A stretch of 63,971 bases of DNA, the filler included, from Octopus bimaculoides (taxonomy: Eukaryota): assembly GCF_001194135.2 (NCBI RefSeq). It is 5 parts of 5 records of this genome, joined end to end, with 100 filler letters (N's around TTAATTAATTAA, not from the genome) between each part and the next. Parts side by side here need not be neighbours in the genome. Positions count along the whole stretch, not along the records: positions 1 to 19,560 come from NC_068999.1; positions 19,661 to 43,169 come from NC_068996.1; 3 more parts are not named here. The stretch is one strand, 5' to 3'. The translations under genes were made by a program, and so were the position numbers. This document shows positions 15,107-25,624 of this stretch, piece by piece; the first letter of the stretch is position 1; each line of letters opens with the position of its first letter. The notes under the pieces were generated by a model. It worked only from the letters and a program-made list of their open reading frames with translations. It was not told the origin of the DNA and searched no databases.

Positions 15107-15456
15107 NNNNNNNNNNNNNNNNNNNNNNNNNNNNNNNNNNNNNNNNNNNNNNNNNNNNNNNNNNNNNNNNNNNNNNNNNNNNNNNNNNNNNNNNNNNNNN
15201 NNNNNNNNNNNNNNNNNNNNNNNNNNNNNNNNNNNNNNNNNNNNNNNNNNNNNNNNNNNNNNNNNNNNNNNNNNNNNNNNNNNNNNNNNNNNNNNNNNNN
15301 NNNNNNNNNNNNNNNNNNNNNNNNNNNNNNNNNNNNNNNNNNNNNNNNNNNNNNNNNNNNNNNNNNNNNNNNNNNNNNNNNNNNNNNNNNNNNNNNNNNN
15401 NNNNNNNNNNNNNNNNNNNNNNNNNNNNNNNNNNNNNNNNNNNNNNNNNNNNNNNN

Positions 15457-15512
<56 letters not shown>

Positions 15513-15568
15513 AAGGAAGAGTTTGCTACTCAAAGGAGAGAATCGCTTCTAAGATTATTTTTGTAATA

Positions 15569-15802
15569 CAGTTCTATATTTAAGAGATGAGGAAGTATGT
15601 ACATTATTTATATTCGACGGATATTTGTCATCATCTTGTTTGCTGTTAACGCAACGTCTCGGTTGATATATCGTCCAGCCTTCTTCAGGTGTCTTGGGTT
15701 CTTATTCCTAAGGTATTATTATTGTTGTTCAGGTCACTGCGTGGAATCGATCTCGGAATCTCGGGGTTAGTAGCTCGGGCTCTTAACCACTAGGCCATAT
15801 GC
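15569..15802 (-). mobile_element. tRNA-headed SINE with hammerhead ribozyme tail (copy 2)
   Basis: Minus strand: A box TGGCCTAGTGG, B-box-like GAGATCGATTCC, AAC/AAT linker, ACAC-CTGAAGA-A-GGCTG..CAACC-GAGAC-GTT-GCGT, then shared tail. Confidence 0.8.
15648..15693 (-). ncRNA. Minimal type I hammerhead ribozyme motif (A14>G variant)
   Basis: CTGAAGA at 15688-15682, GAGAC at 15660-15656, GTT triplet, stem I ACAC/GCGT. Confidence 0.6.
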
Positions 15803-15804
15803 TG

Positions 15805-16262
15805 GTTTTCATATGCTGCTCAAATCTACACTCGATCTGCTTAGGAGGTTGTTGTGTCCAGCTATATATGATCCTTCTTTAAGTTTTCGTATTTTGCAGT
15901 GGTGTTCCCTGTTTATAATTTTAACTTCATACCCCAGGGGGAGGTGGTCACCATTTTTCCATACATGATCAGCTATAACCGATTTATCAATATTTCTTCG
16001 TGTCACAGCATCGCGATGTTCACCTACCCTTATTTTGAGGGTGGGGGGCATATTTCGCCTTTGTATAACCTACCACAGCTGCATGTGATGCATGTTGTAT
16101 TACTCTTAAATACTGTTCTGATGTCATATGAGCCGCATATCTTTTGTATCTTTTTAGAGAGGACTTTCACATAAGGTATACAGCCTGTCGACAGTTTATT
16201 GTCCTCATCCTCTCTCTTCTTCATAATTGGAGTGGACAGTATACGAATAAGCCCTAAAATTC
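15805..16262 (-). mobile_element. Penelope/Poseidon-type PLE fragment, GIY-YIG endonuclease pseudogene
   Basis: ORFs 16030-16224 and 15809-16051: IPYVKVLSKKIQKICGSYDIRTVFKS..CSCGRLYKGE..LKIRVGEH..SVIADHVW..RKLKE, the typical Penelope linker plus EN. Confidence 0.85.
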
Positions 16263-16281
16263 ACTCCATAATTGCTCACAG

Positions 16282-16373
16282 GCATACGGCGTAGTGGTTT
16301 AGAGCGCGAGCTACTAACCCCAAGATTCCGAGTCCGATTCTGAGCAGTGACCTGAATATTAATAATAATAATT
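16282..16373 (+). mobile_element. HHR-bearing SINE copy 3, tRNA-like head (left of LINE insertion)
   Basis: GCATACGGCGTAGTGGTTTAGAGCGCGAGCTACTAACCCCAAGATTCCGAGTCCGATTCTGAGCAGTGACCTG then (AAT)n; closely similar to head of copy 2. Confidence 0.8.
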
Positions 16374-18308
16374 AATTCGTTTTATTGGCCACAAGGGCTA
16401 ATATCAATTAAAAACATATAAGGACAAAGACAGGACGAATGTTACAAAAGGTTTTGTCCGAAAAGGTAGGAACGTTCGTCTAAACAGAGGAAGAAAACGG
16501 AGAATAGATATAATAAATAAATAGATAAATAAATAAGTCGAACTCCCAAAGGGGGAGGCGCTTCGAAAAAGGAAAGGTTACACGTGGAAAAACCCATAAA
16601 ACCACGGGAGCCTGGTCAGAAAAAATAATAAAGGGATATAGAACCCTTTCTCCTTTTACATTACCGTTTTTTTCTACAGGTGTATTCTCAGAATTGGTCC
16701 GTTTATACTGGCCATTCTTCCAACAGTCACCCATCTTTCAACGAATTTGCTATGAGACAGTACTTCCCTCTGTACTCTCATCTTCATTTTCAAGTGGAAC
16801 TTGAAAAAGTTGGATGAGGCCTTGGCCAAAGAAGAAAGTGTCTGTCTTTAGCCTTTCAAACGGGTTCACCATATCACCTCTTTCGCTACAGCCACTAGGC
16901 AGAGGAAAATTGCCTTGCCCTCCTGGTTAAAGGAGGTCGGCGGGTCAATTCTTACGATGGATCCGGCTGATAGCCGGATCCGTCCTACACGTGACAGTAG
17001 CTGTTCGATATAGACCCACAGGTCAGCAAAGCTCGGGCACTGGACGAGTGCGTGCAGAACGGTTTCGTCGTCCTGAGCGCACCTCGGGCAGGCCCGGTTG
17101 ACGGCACTTCCATGTCGGTAGAGTTTATCTCGAACAGGTAGCGCACCTCGGTAGCACTGCCAGGCGAGGAACCTTTGGAAAGTATCCATGTTCCCCGACC
17201 CGAAGGTTCTCCTGAACAGACTGCTTAGCTGATCATCCTCGACGCCTAGAGTTTCCCCGAGAACGTCGTCGCACTTTTCTCCCACTAACCCTCTATAGAA
17301 CGTTAGAGTGGAGCTACTACCGATCGCACTGCCCGCCTGAATGAGGNNNNNNNNNNNNNNNNNNNNNNNNNNNNNNNNNNNNNNNNNNNNNNNNNNNNNN
17401 NNNNNNNNNNNNNNNNNNNNNNNNNNNNNNNNNNNNNNNNNNNNNNNNNNNNNNNNNNNNNNNNNNNNNNNNNNNNNNNNNNNNNNNNNNNNNNNNNNNN
17501 NNNNNNNNNNNNNNNNNNNNNNNNNNNNNNNNNNNNNNNNNNNNNNNNNNNNNNNNNNNNNNNNNNNNNNNNNNNNNNNNNNNNNNNNNNNNNNNNNNNN
17601 NNNNNNNNNNNNNNNNNNNNNNNNNNNNNNNNNNNNNNNNNNNNNNNNNNNNNNNNNNNNNNNNNNNNNNNNNNNNNNNNNNNNNNNNNNNNNNNNNNNN
17701 NNNNNNNNNNNNNNNNNNNNNNNNNNNNNNNNNNNNNNNNNNNNNNNNNNNNNNNNNNNNNNNNNNNNNNNNNNNNNNNNNNNNNNNNNNNNNNNNNNNN
17801 NNNNNNNNNNNNNNNNNNNNNNCACCTCTTCCCAGTTTTTCTCCAACTAGAGGTCCGGACCGAACCAGACCCCGAGCAGTTTAACGGGTCCGTCTGTCCA
17901 GCGCCCTACGACGCTGTTGGACGGCATGGACTTGCCCCTCCAGGTGCCTAGTTGCAAACCCATTGACTTTTCCGCGTTAATTTTCGCACCTGTCACCGCT
18001 TCATACTCGTTTTGTGTCTCGCCAATTAGGTCGATATGCCTGTGGCTCGACACCATCACGGTGACGTCGTCGGCATAGGCAGACACGCTTCTCCCACATC
18101 CCAGATCACGCGGGACGCCCCTCAAAGCCTCCAACTTCCACAGTAATGGCTCGAGAGTCAATACATACAGAAGGGAGGAGAGAGGACACCCTTGGCGAAC
18201 CGAACGCGAGATGTTGAACGGTTCCGATAGATGGCCGTTCACCCGTATGACCGAGCAGATGCCGCTGTATAAAGCAGCTATCCACCCGCGGAAGACCGGA
18301 CCGAAACC
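16374..18308 (-). mobile_element. 5'-truncated L1/Tx1-clade LINE (RT C-half plus CCHC zf-RVT), GC-rich
   Basis: RQGCPLS and YADD RT motifs (17847-18308); CPRC..ETVLHALVQC knuckle (16866-17346); 3' UTR with AATAAA just before the end; in-frame stops; internal N gap. Confidence 0.9.
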
Positions 18309-18484
18309 AATAATAATAATAATAATAATAACAATATTCATGACATTGAATAATATACGAATTAGAACCCAGGTTTGAAATTTCCCGAAGACATCTGAAG
18401 AAGGCTGGAGGGTATATCAGCCAAAACGTTGTGTTAACAACAAACAAGATGAGGACAAATATCCGTCGAATGTAAATAATGTAC
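18309..18484 (+). mobile_element. HHR-bearing SINE copy 3, linker and tail (right of LINE insertion)
   Basis: (AAT)n resumes, then AGAACCCAGGTTTGAAATTTCCC, HHR and tail ..AAGATGAGGACAAATATCCGTC..AATGTAC. Confidence 0.8.
18391..18435 (+). ncRNA. Minimal type I hammerhead ribozyme motif (G12>A variant)
   Basis: ACAT-CTGAAGA(18395-18401)-A-GGCTG/CAGCC stem II-AAAAC-GTT-GTGT. Confidence 0.65.
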
Positions 18485-18679
18485 TTATTTTTGGAGTCTC
18501 ATAATAGACTTGTCTTGTGTAAAAGCTCGTTGCCTTGTTACATTTAATCTTTTCGCCATATGCCATACACATGCATTTTCTTCAATGCATGCAAATACGT
18601 ATTTTTATATGCAGTACTTTCTCGTTAATTTATATATATGAATTTTAGAATGTTGCACTGAACTCCGTACACAATTATG

Positions 18680-18845
18680 AAATATTGATTTCAAATTTGG
18701 CACGAGGCCAGTAATATCAAAAGATGAGGTAAGTTAATTGCATCAGCTTCAGTGCTCAAATGGTGCTTTCTTTATCGATGAAGAAGGGTAGAATCCAATG
18801 TCGACCTTGCAGGAATTTGAACTATGAACGTAAAGAGGGAAAAAA
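18680..18845 (-). mobile_element. Degraded SINE family B
   Basis: GTCGACCTTGCAGGAATTTGAACT resembles reverse of the 40353 copy. Confidence 0.5.
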
Positions 18846-19508
18846 TTCCACTAAGTTAACCGACTCATATTATGGCACATTTATAGAATATTAACAGATA
18901 AATCACAGAAACATAGTTTAATAACAAGTTCCTAAATTTTTTCACGATCATTAAAAGACGGCTAGAATGAAATCTTCTGTAGATTTATTAATAGCAATAT
19001 CATTTGACTAAATATATTTTACGAAAGTAAAATCATTCCGATATAGCCATTTAAAAAATATTCAACACTCGAAATATTCATAAATCATGATACGTACTCT
19101 GAAACATGTGTGTATTCACATTCGGAAATATGTGTGTGTGCATTTATATTTATACTTAGGTTTGTATGCATTAATTCTCTATATAAAGATCGTTTACCAT
19201 GAGAAATATTATTCACTGATGTCAGGCGATTTCAGATCTGGTTCTAATATCTTACATAGTAATGTCCATGTTGTTAGAGTATCTTCCAGATTATGAATGA
19301 ATAAATAATGGATACTTCTTTTTGAAGAAGAACAATTCATTAAAAATTATGCATAAAGCATTCTGTTATAAATTCTATTAATTATGCATGTATCCGATAT
19401 ACGTATGGTTCATGCAAATATGACATTATATTTCAACTGTATGTACTAGAAATAGATATCAGTAAGTCACATTTCCTTGAAACAATATTAGCAACCGCTG
19501 CATGACTA

Positions 19509-19560
<52 letters not shown>

Positions 19561-19660
19561 NNNNNNNNNNNNNNNNNNNNNNNNNNNNNNNNNNNNNNNN
19601 NNNNTTAATTAATTAANNNNNNNNNNNNNNNNNNNNNNNNNNNNNNNNNNNNNNNNNNNN

Positions 19661-19945
19661 GCCCAATGTACGAAGGTCTTGCCTCACCACCTCAGCCCAG
19701 GTCTTCCTGGGCCTACCTCTTCCACGGGTTCCCTCAACTGTTAGGGTGTGGCACTTTTTCACGCAGCTATCCTCCTCCATTCTCACCACATGTCCATACC
19801 AGCGCAATCGTCTCTCTTGCACGCCACAACTGATGCTTCTAATGTTCAGCTTTTCTCTCAAGATACTTACACTCTGACGGGTATTCACATTGACATTACA
19901 CATCCAACGGAGCATACTGGCTTCATTCCTTGCGAGCTTACGTAT
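19661..19945 (-). mobile_element. RTE-clade LINE fragment, RT C-terminus
   Basis: MLRWMCNV..ERRLRWYGHVVRM..GTRGRGRPRKTW. Confidence 0.9.
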
Positions 19946-20246
19946 GTCCTCAGCAGTTACAGCAGAAATAAACAGGGAGAGAAAATAGAAAAATGTATAG
20001 TGGCTAGCGATCTATCATGGCGAATGTGTGTATATATATATATATAGCTGAAGAATTAAAATTAATCTAAGGATATACTGGGTATGTCTATCTGCTGGAA
20101 ATAACAGTCAAAACTCTTATTTAATTCGCCAAAATACACTGATAATAACTACAGAAATCAACTGTCCAAAGGCACACTGTCTAAGACAATCTTTCAGCAT
20201 ACATTCAATTATGTATGTGTGTGTGTATATATATATCTATATCTAT

Positions 20247-20680
20247 ATCATCATCATCATCGTTTAACGTCCACTTTCCATGCTAGCATGGGTTGGACGA
20301 TTTGACTGAGGACTGGTGAAACCAGATGGCTACACCAGACTCCAATCTGATCTGGCAGAGTTTCTACAGCTGGATGCCCTTCCTAACGCCAACCACTCAG
20401 AGAGTGTAGTGGGTGCTTTTACGTGCCACTGGCACGAAGGCCAGTCAGGCGGTACTGGCAACGGCCATGCTGAAAATGNNNNNNNNNNATAAGTGCCAGA
20501 AAGGCGACGCTGGGCACAGGTGCCATCCTGATTTCGCTTGCCCCAATAAGTCTTCGCAAGCTGAGTTTCGTGTCCAATGAAGGAAAGGTACGCATAAGTG
20601 GGCTGGCTACACCCCTGGCAGAGGCCTTGGATTTAGGTCTCACTTGGCTTGCCAGGTCTTCTCACGCACAGCACATTTCA
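20247..20680 (-). mobile_element. RTE LINE 3' UTR fragment with (GAT)n tail
   Basis: Reverse of GGTTGGCGTTAGGAAGGGCATCCAGCTGTAGAAAC..GGACGTTAAACGATGATG; shared with several copies in the window. Confidence 0.85.
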
Positions 20681-20699
20681 TATATATATATATTTAATG

Positions 20700-21110
20700 T
20701 TTTGCACTTATGGGTGTATTGAAGTGTTGAGTAGAACACTGGGACAGTTTGGGCTACCTGATGTCATCTGTGGTTGGGGTATATTTTCGTTGGATCTACT
20801 TCAGGAATTCCACAGTGTTAGTTGAGATAATAATGATAATTTCTTAAGTAACGAGAAGATGGATTTGTAAATTAATCTTTATTTTGTACAATGGTCGTTT
20901 TGACCCGTCCTGCTACTGTTCCTTATGGCTGGGACTCCTTTCCACCATGTTGTGTTTCATCCATTTTGCAGTCTGGGTCTCATCAGGTACAGCTATACAT
21001 AAAGTTGTGTCTGGCTAAAGACCCTGAGTTTTGGCTGTCATGTTGTTATATGCCCGTCTGGTTATGAACTCATACTGTTTCGAGTTATATATTCTTAAAA
21101 AGTTTGCTAG
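20700..21110 (-). mobile_element. Probable PLE 3' terminus/pLTR with degenerate HHR
   Basis: Minus peptide NSKQYEFITRRAYNN (like PLE C-terminal NKRSE..CRHxN) followed by CTGATGA(20986-20980)..ACCCA/TGGAT..GAAAC(20958-20954). Confidence 0.45.
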
Positions 21111-21119
21111 GTACTAACC

Positions 21120-21270
21120 TGACTGTGTGGTTAAGAAGTTTACTCTGTGATTTGGAGTTCAGTTCCACAGTTTGGTACCTTGAGCATCTGTCTTCTACTA
21201 TGACCCCAGGCCAAACAAATCTTTGTGAGTACATTTAGTTGATGGAAACTGAAAGAAGCCTATTGTGTAT
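21120..21270 (+). mobile_element. SINE family A, degraded 5' half
   Basis: GACTGTGTGGTTAAG..GTCTTCTACTATG..GATGGAAACTGAAAGAAGCC. Confidence 0.65.
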
Positions 21271-22109
21271 ATATAATATATATTTCTGTATGAGTTAGAG
21301 GTTAAGAAACCATTTAAGGGATATGAAATATCCAATATACTACTGGATGTGTACCTACGTATTTATAACCAAGTGCTTACTATTGCATGGCAATATTGCA
21401 ATTGAATACTAGGTATGGCTGGGGGGTAAATTAGAAATTTACCCAGGATTTATAATGCAAAAAAAAAATGGAGAGGATACAAAATCGATAAACATCATCC
21501 AGTAAACATTCCATTATATCTATTTATTAAATGATAACAAACATGTATTTAAGTGGTACAAGTAAACGAATGAGATCAACCAATAAATACGTAAACAGAT
21601 ATATATATATGTAGAGAGAGAGAAAGAGAGAGATGAATGAATAATAAGAGAATGTTGCACTGTGTGGTGTATGACAATGAAAAATATCGACAATCAATTC
21701 TTGCTTCTCTCTTTCTATCTCTCTCTCTCTGTCGCTCCTCTTCTCTCTATATATATACACACACACCCCCAACACACAAGCACACACACACATATATGTA
21801 TATACACACACACACACACACATATATATGTATGTATATATTATATTATATTTTCTACATATATATATATATATATATATATATNNNNNNNNNNGGGACT
21901 CTAAGGTCAAACTACCATAATAAACACATTTTTACCAAACGCGAAGAAATGCAATTCTCAAAGCTGGCCTCTTAAAAACAGACTAAACTATATATCGGCG
22001 ATTTTGCAGTTATTAAATTAAATTAATACATACATACATACATATAAATGTATATATGAATATGTGTGTTCACACTTGCCTCCTCATTTTCATATTGCAT
22101 GATAGTTGT

Positions 22110-22295
22110 GAATGAGCATCACTGTCATACAAGCGACGTCGTTTGTTTCCAGTTGTCGATGTTTGTTCATGGTGATATATTACCTTCCTTGGAAACAAGT
22201 GGATGCTGGCAATAGGTGGGACATGTAGCCATAGAAAATCTACCTCAGTGAGTTCTGGCTGACCCATGAAAGCATGAAAAAGTGGACAGTAAAAT
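22110..22295 (+). mobile_element. Older RTE-tail-related repeat (also 40020-40200, minus)
   Basis: GGAAACAAGTGGATGCTGGCAATAGG..AGAAAATCTACCTC..GCATGAAAAAGTGGACAGTAAAATGA. Confidence 0.55.
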
Positions 22296-22570
22296 GACCA
22301 ATATATATGTGTGTGTTTATATATGTGTTTACATATGATACAGCTGTGTGTATATAAGGCTTACACACACACACACACATACACATGAAAGGCTCTGCAA
22401 AGCACAACACATGACCAACGATCAAGCCCAGTAGTGAGTTCCGCACTCTAGTCCATTATCCATTGTATTACAGAGCAGCACCTCAACCTTGTGAGATTTT
22501 AGTGTGTGGAATTCAAACCAAAATAATAGAAATAATAATAACTTAACAGAAAACAGTTCTTTATAGGATA

Positions 22571-22661
22571 CTAGCAGAAATACCCGGCGTTGCCCGGGTT
22601 AAAGAGAATAATGAAATCTAAAAACGCCGTCTAGACTACGCATCATCTTTATATATAGAGA
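22571..22661 (-). mobile_element. 91-bp non-autonomous Helitron
   Basis: Minus: A|TCTCTATATATAAAG...ACCCGG-GCAACG-CCGGGT hairpin-ATTTCTG-CTAG|T; canonical 5' TC, 3' hairpin plus CTAG, A^T target, no TSD. Confidence 0.85.
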
Positions 22662-22780
22662 TGTATATGCACACATGCACCCAAACACACGTATATATAT
22701 GTATATCAATATAAATATATGAAAGTCAATGAAGTTTCGTAAAAGAAGGTGATCATGTACATACTTTCTTGCTGTTGTGA

Positions 22781-22927
22781 TTATAACACCTCATTGTAAA
22801 CTATGTTCCTTGTTTTCCCTTGTGGAGCATATACAAATAGGTTTTTTGTTGCTGCCCACTCTTGAGCAGCCAACATACAGTTGTCCATGTGAGAAGCAGG
22901 GCTCTTCCAAGAGAAGACCAGCTACAG
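22781..22927 (-). pseudogene. Helitron RepHel helicase C-terminal remnant
   Basis: Minus: VAGLLLEEPCFSHGQLYVGCSRVGS, frameshift in A-run, then NLFVYAPQGKTRNIVYNEVL*; matches the Helitron PIF1-like motif FSHGQLYVAxSRV..TxNIVYxEVL. Confidence 0.85.
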
Positions 22928-23760
22928 NNNNNNNNNNNNNNNNNNNNNNNNNNNNNNNNNNNNNNNNNNNNNNNNNNNNNNNNNNNNNNNNNNNNNNNNN
23001 NNNNNNNNNNNNNNNNNNNNNNNNNNNNNNNNNNNNNNNNNNNNNNNNNNNNNNNNNNNNNNNNNNNNNNNNNNNNNNNNNNNNNNNNNNNNNNNNNNNN
23101 NNNNNNNNNNNNNNNNNNNNNNNNNNNNNNNNNNNNNNNNNNNNNNNNNNNNNNNNNNNNNNNNNNNNNNNNNNNNNNNNNNNNNNNNNNNNNNNNNNNN
23201 NNNNNNNNNNNNNNNNNNNNNNNNNNNNNNNNNNNNNNNNNNNNNNNNNNNNNNNNNNNNNNNNNNNNNNNNNNNNNNNNNNNNNNNNNNNNNNNNNNNN
23301 NNNNNNNNNNNNNNNNNNNNNNNNNNNNNNNNNNNNNNNNNNNNNNNNNNNNNNNNNNNNNNNNNNNNNNNNNNNNNNNNNNNNNNNNNNNNNNNNNNNN
23401 NNNNNNNNNNNNNNNNNNNNNNNNNNNNNNNNNNNNNNNNNNNNNNNNNNNNNNNNNNNNNNNNNNNNNNNNNNNNNNNNNNNNNNNNNNNNNNNNNNNN
23501 NNNNNNNNNNNNNNNNNNNNNNNNNNNNNNNNNNNNNNNNNNNNNNNNNNNNNNNNNNNNNNNNNNNNNNNNNNNNNNNNNNNNNNNNNNNNNNNNNNNN
23601 NNNNNNNNNNNNNNNNNNNNNNNNNNNNNNNNNNNNNNNNNNNNNNNNNNNNNNNNNNNNNNNNNNNNNNNNNNNNNNNNNNNNNNNNNNNNNNNNNNNN
23701 NNNNNNNNNNNNNNNNNNNNNNNNNNNNNNNNNNNNNNNNNNNNNNNNNNNNNNNNNNNN

Positions 23761-24097
23761 CTTTCTCTCTTTCTCTCTCTGTGAAAGTATCTGTCACTAC
23801 AGTATCGAAATGTGATTGTTTCAGTTAGTGGAATAGTTTCATTTTTAAAGTGAAAGTATTTGACATGAGTGTTTTTGTTTCACTTTTGACACGTAATACT
23901 TAAATAGTGGAGGAGATATTATGTTGCCGTGTGCTCGAACTCTGCAAGAAGTTAATAATTTTTTTGACTAAAACACAACTGGAACCCTAAGTAAGGCATG
24001 TGTAAAATTTGAATGAAATTGGTTGCGTAGTTCTCGAGTTTTAGGGATTCACACAGACAGACAGACAGACACACATTCTCATTTTTATATATATAGA
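23761..24097 (-). mobile_element. Helitron 5' portion with internal (GTCT)n
   Basis: Minus start A|TCTATATATATAAAAATGAGAATGTGTGTCTGTCTGTC; runs into the N gap toward the helicase remnant. Confidence 0.7.
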
Positions 24098-24450
24098 TGC
24101 ACGTGTTTCAGAAAATGCCATAATAATTATACATAACAGTGGCAGAAACATTATGCAATCTCACCCTTCACCTCATCAGTGTCTTGCAATAACTACAGTA
24201 TCAGATGTTAAAGGCTCCTAACATATACATTTTTTTTTTCCATTATGCAAGTCATCAATAACCTTGCATGTCACAATATTTCAGAGGACAGAAAAAAAAC
24301 ATATCATAGATATACGAATGTTGCTATGCCTCTCTCAAATCCAGGTAGGTGTAATGAAAGAGAAAAAAAAAATATATATGTCCTTTTATATGTGTGTGTG
24401 TATGTGTATATATTTATATATATATATACGCACTCACACTTATAGTTTTA

Positions 24451-24903
24451 CTAGCAGCTAAGCCCGGTTTCACCTGGTCGGTTTGGATGATGTGGCTGTA
24501 AAACTTGATCTGTGTAAGCATTCGACTTGTTTGGGCACGCTTACGTTAAAAAACAATTTTAGAATGACTTTTTTCTGTCAAAATGCTAAAAATAACTGAC
24601 CAACAATAAAAAAACAACCAAGATTCAACCAAAGCAAAAAAATTAAACCCAAATACTAAGCAAACAAAGATGAACCATCCTACTTCCATTGCACGCACAC
24701 ATGCACACACACACGCATTCACATATACCCCCTTTTACATACACACATATATTCACACAGAGTTGAAACACTGTTTGATTTATTTTTTTCAGCGTACAAT
24801 TTTCATCATCCCACTACCAAGTATGATATCACCCCTTCCTTCCTTATTCATCTATCACCCCTTCCTTTCTCATTCATAAACACAAAAGTATTATTATAGT
24901 AGA
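24451..24903 (-). mobile_element. 453-bp non-autonomous Helitron
   Basis: Minus: A|TCTACTATAATAATAC...CCAGGTGAAACCGGG hairpin (1 mismatch)..CTG-CTAG|T. Confidence 0.8.
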
Positions 24904-25411
24904 TTATCTCAGTAACCATGGGAGCTATGAAAAAAATACAAAACCCAGCATCACCACTGGATCATTCTACACATTTCTGTAATTTTTCACTCAATTCCAC
25001 CCAGCTGTTTGACTGTGAATCCCAAGACAAGAAAGAATTGCCCATGTCAAATTTATATGTATAAATATACACACACACACACACACACACAAATAAGAAT
25101 GGTGTTTAGCATTGTATTAAACAAGTTACAAAATTTAAACAGAAACACAACAAAGGAACAGACAGAAAATTCACACACAAGACAGGATGTTGCTCATTCT
25201 TTGTCAGCTTTCATCCAAATGATCCTTACAATTTCATGCCTTTAATGATAATATTGTCCACTTCTGGTGCCATCAGCAGTAAAAAGCTGCTGGGAATAAC
25301 AAGTGAACATTGAGGACAGTGAGACAGTGACAAGAGCAAATACAACACAAACGCAAATATGCAAACATGTTTACTAATTGTGAGTTTGCATCCCTTTACT
25401 TTAAAGGTTCT

Positions 25412-25582
25412 GTGCAGGAGAGGGTGTGTGGTAAATAGCTTGCTTACTAACTACATGGTTCCAGGTTCAATCCCATTGCATCGCACCTTGTGCAAGTGTC
25501 TTCTACTATAGCCTTGGGCCGACCTAAGCCTTGTGAGTGGATTTAGTAGATGGAAACTGAAAGAAGCCCGTTGTATATATGT

Positions 25583-25624
<42 letters not shown>

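Noticed and set aside
16282-16354. tRNA gene call for the SINE heads
   Set aside because: A/B boxes are present, but there is no complete cloverleaf and each head continues into a shared SINE body.
19605-19616. TTAATTAATTAA islands inside N runs (also 43214-43225, 53014-53025, 62800-62811)
   Set aside because: An identical 12-mer centred in equal-sized gaps, with stops in all six frames; an artificial scaffold-gap marker, not biology.
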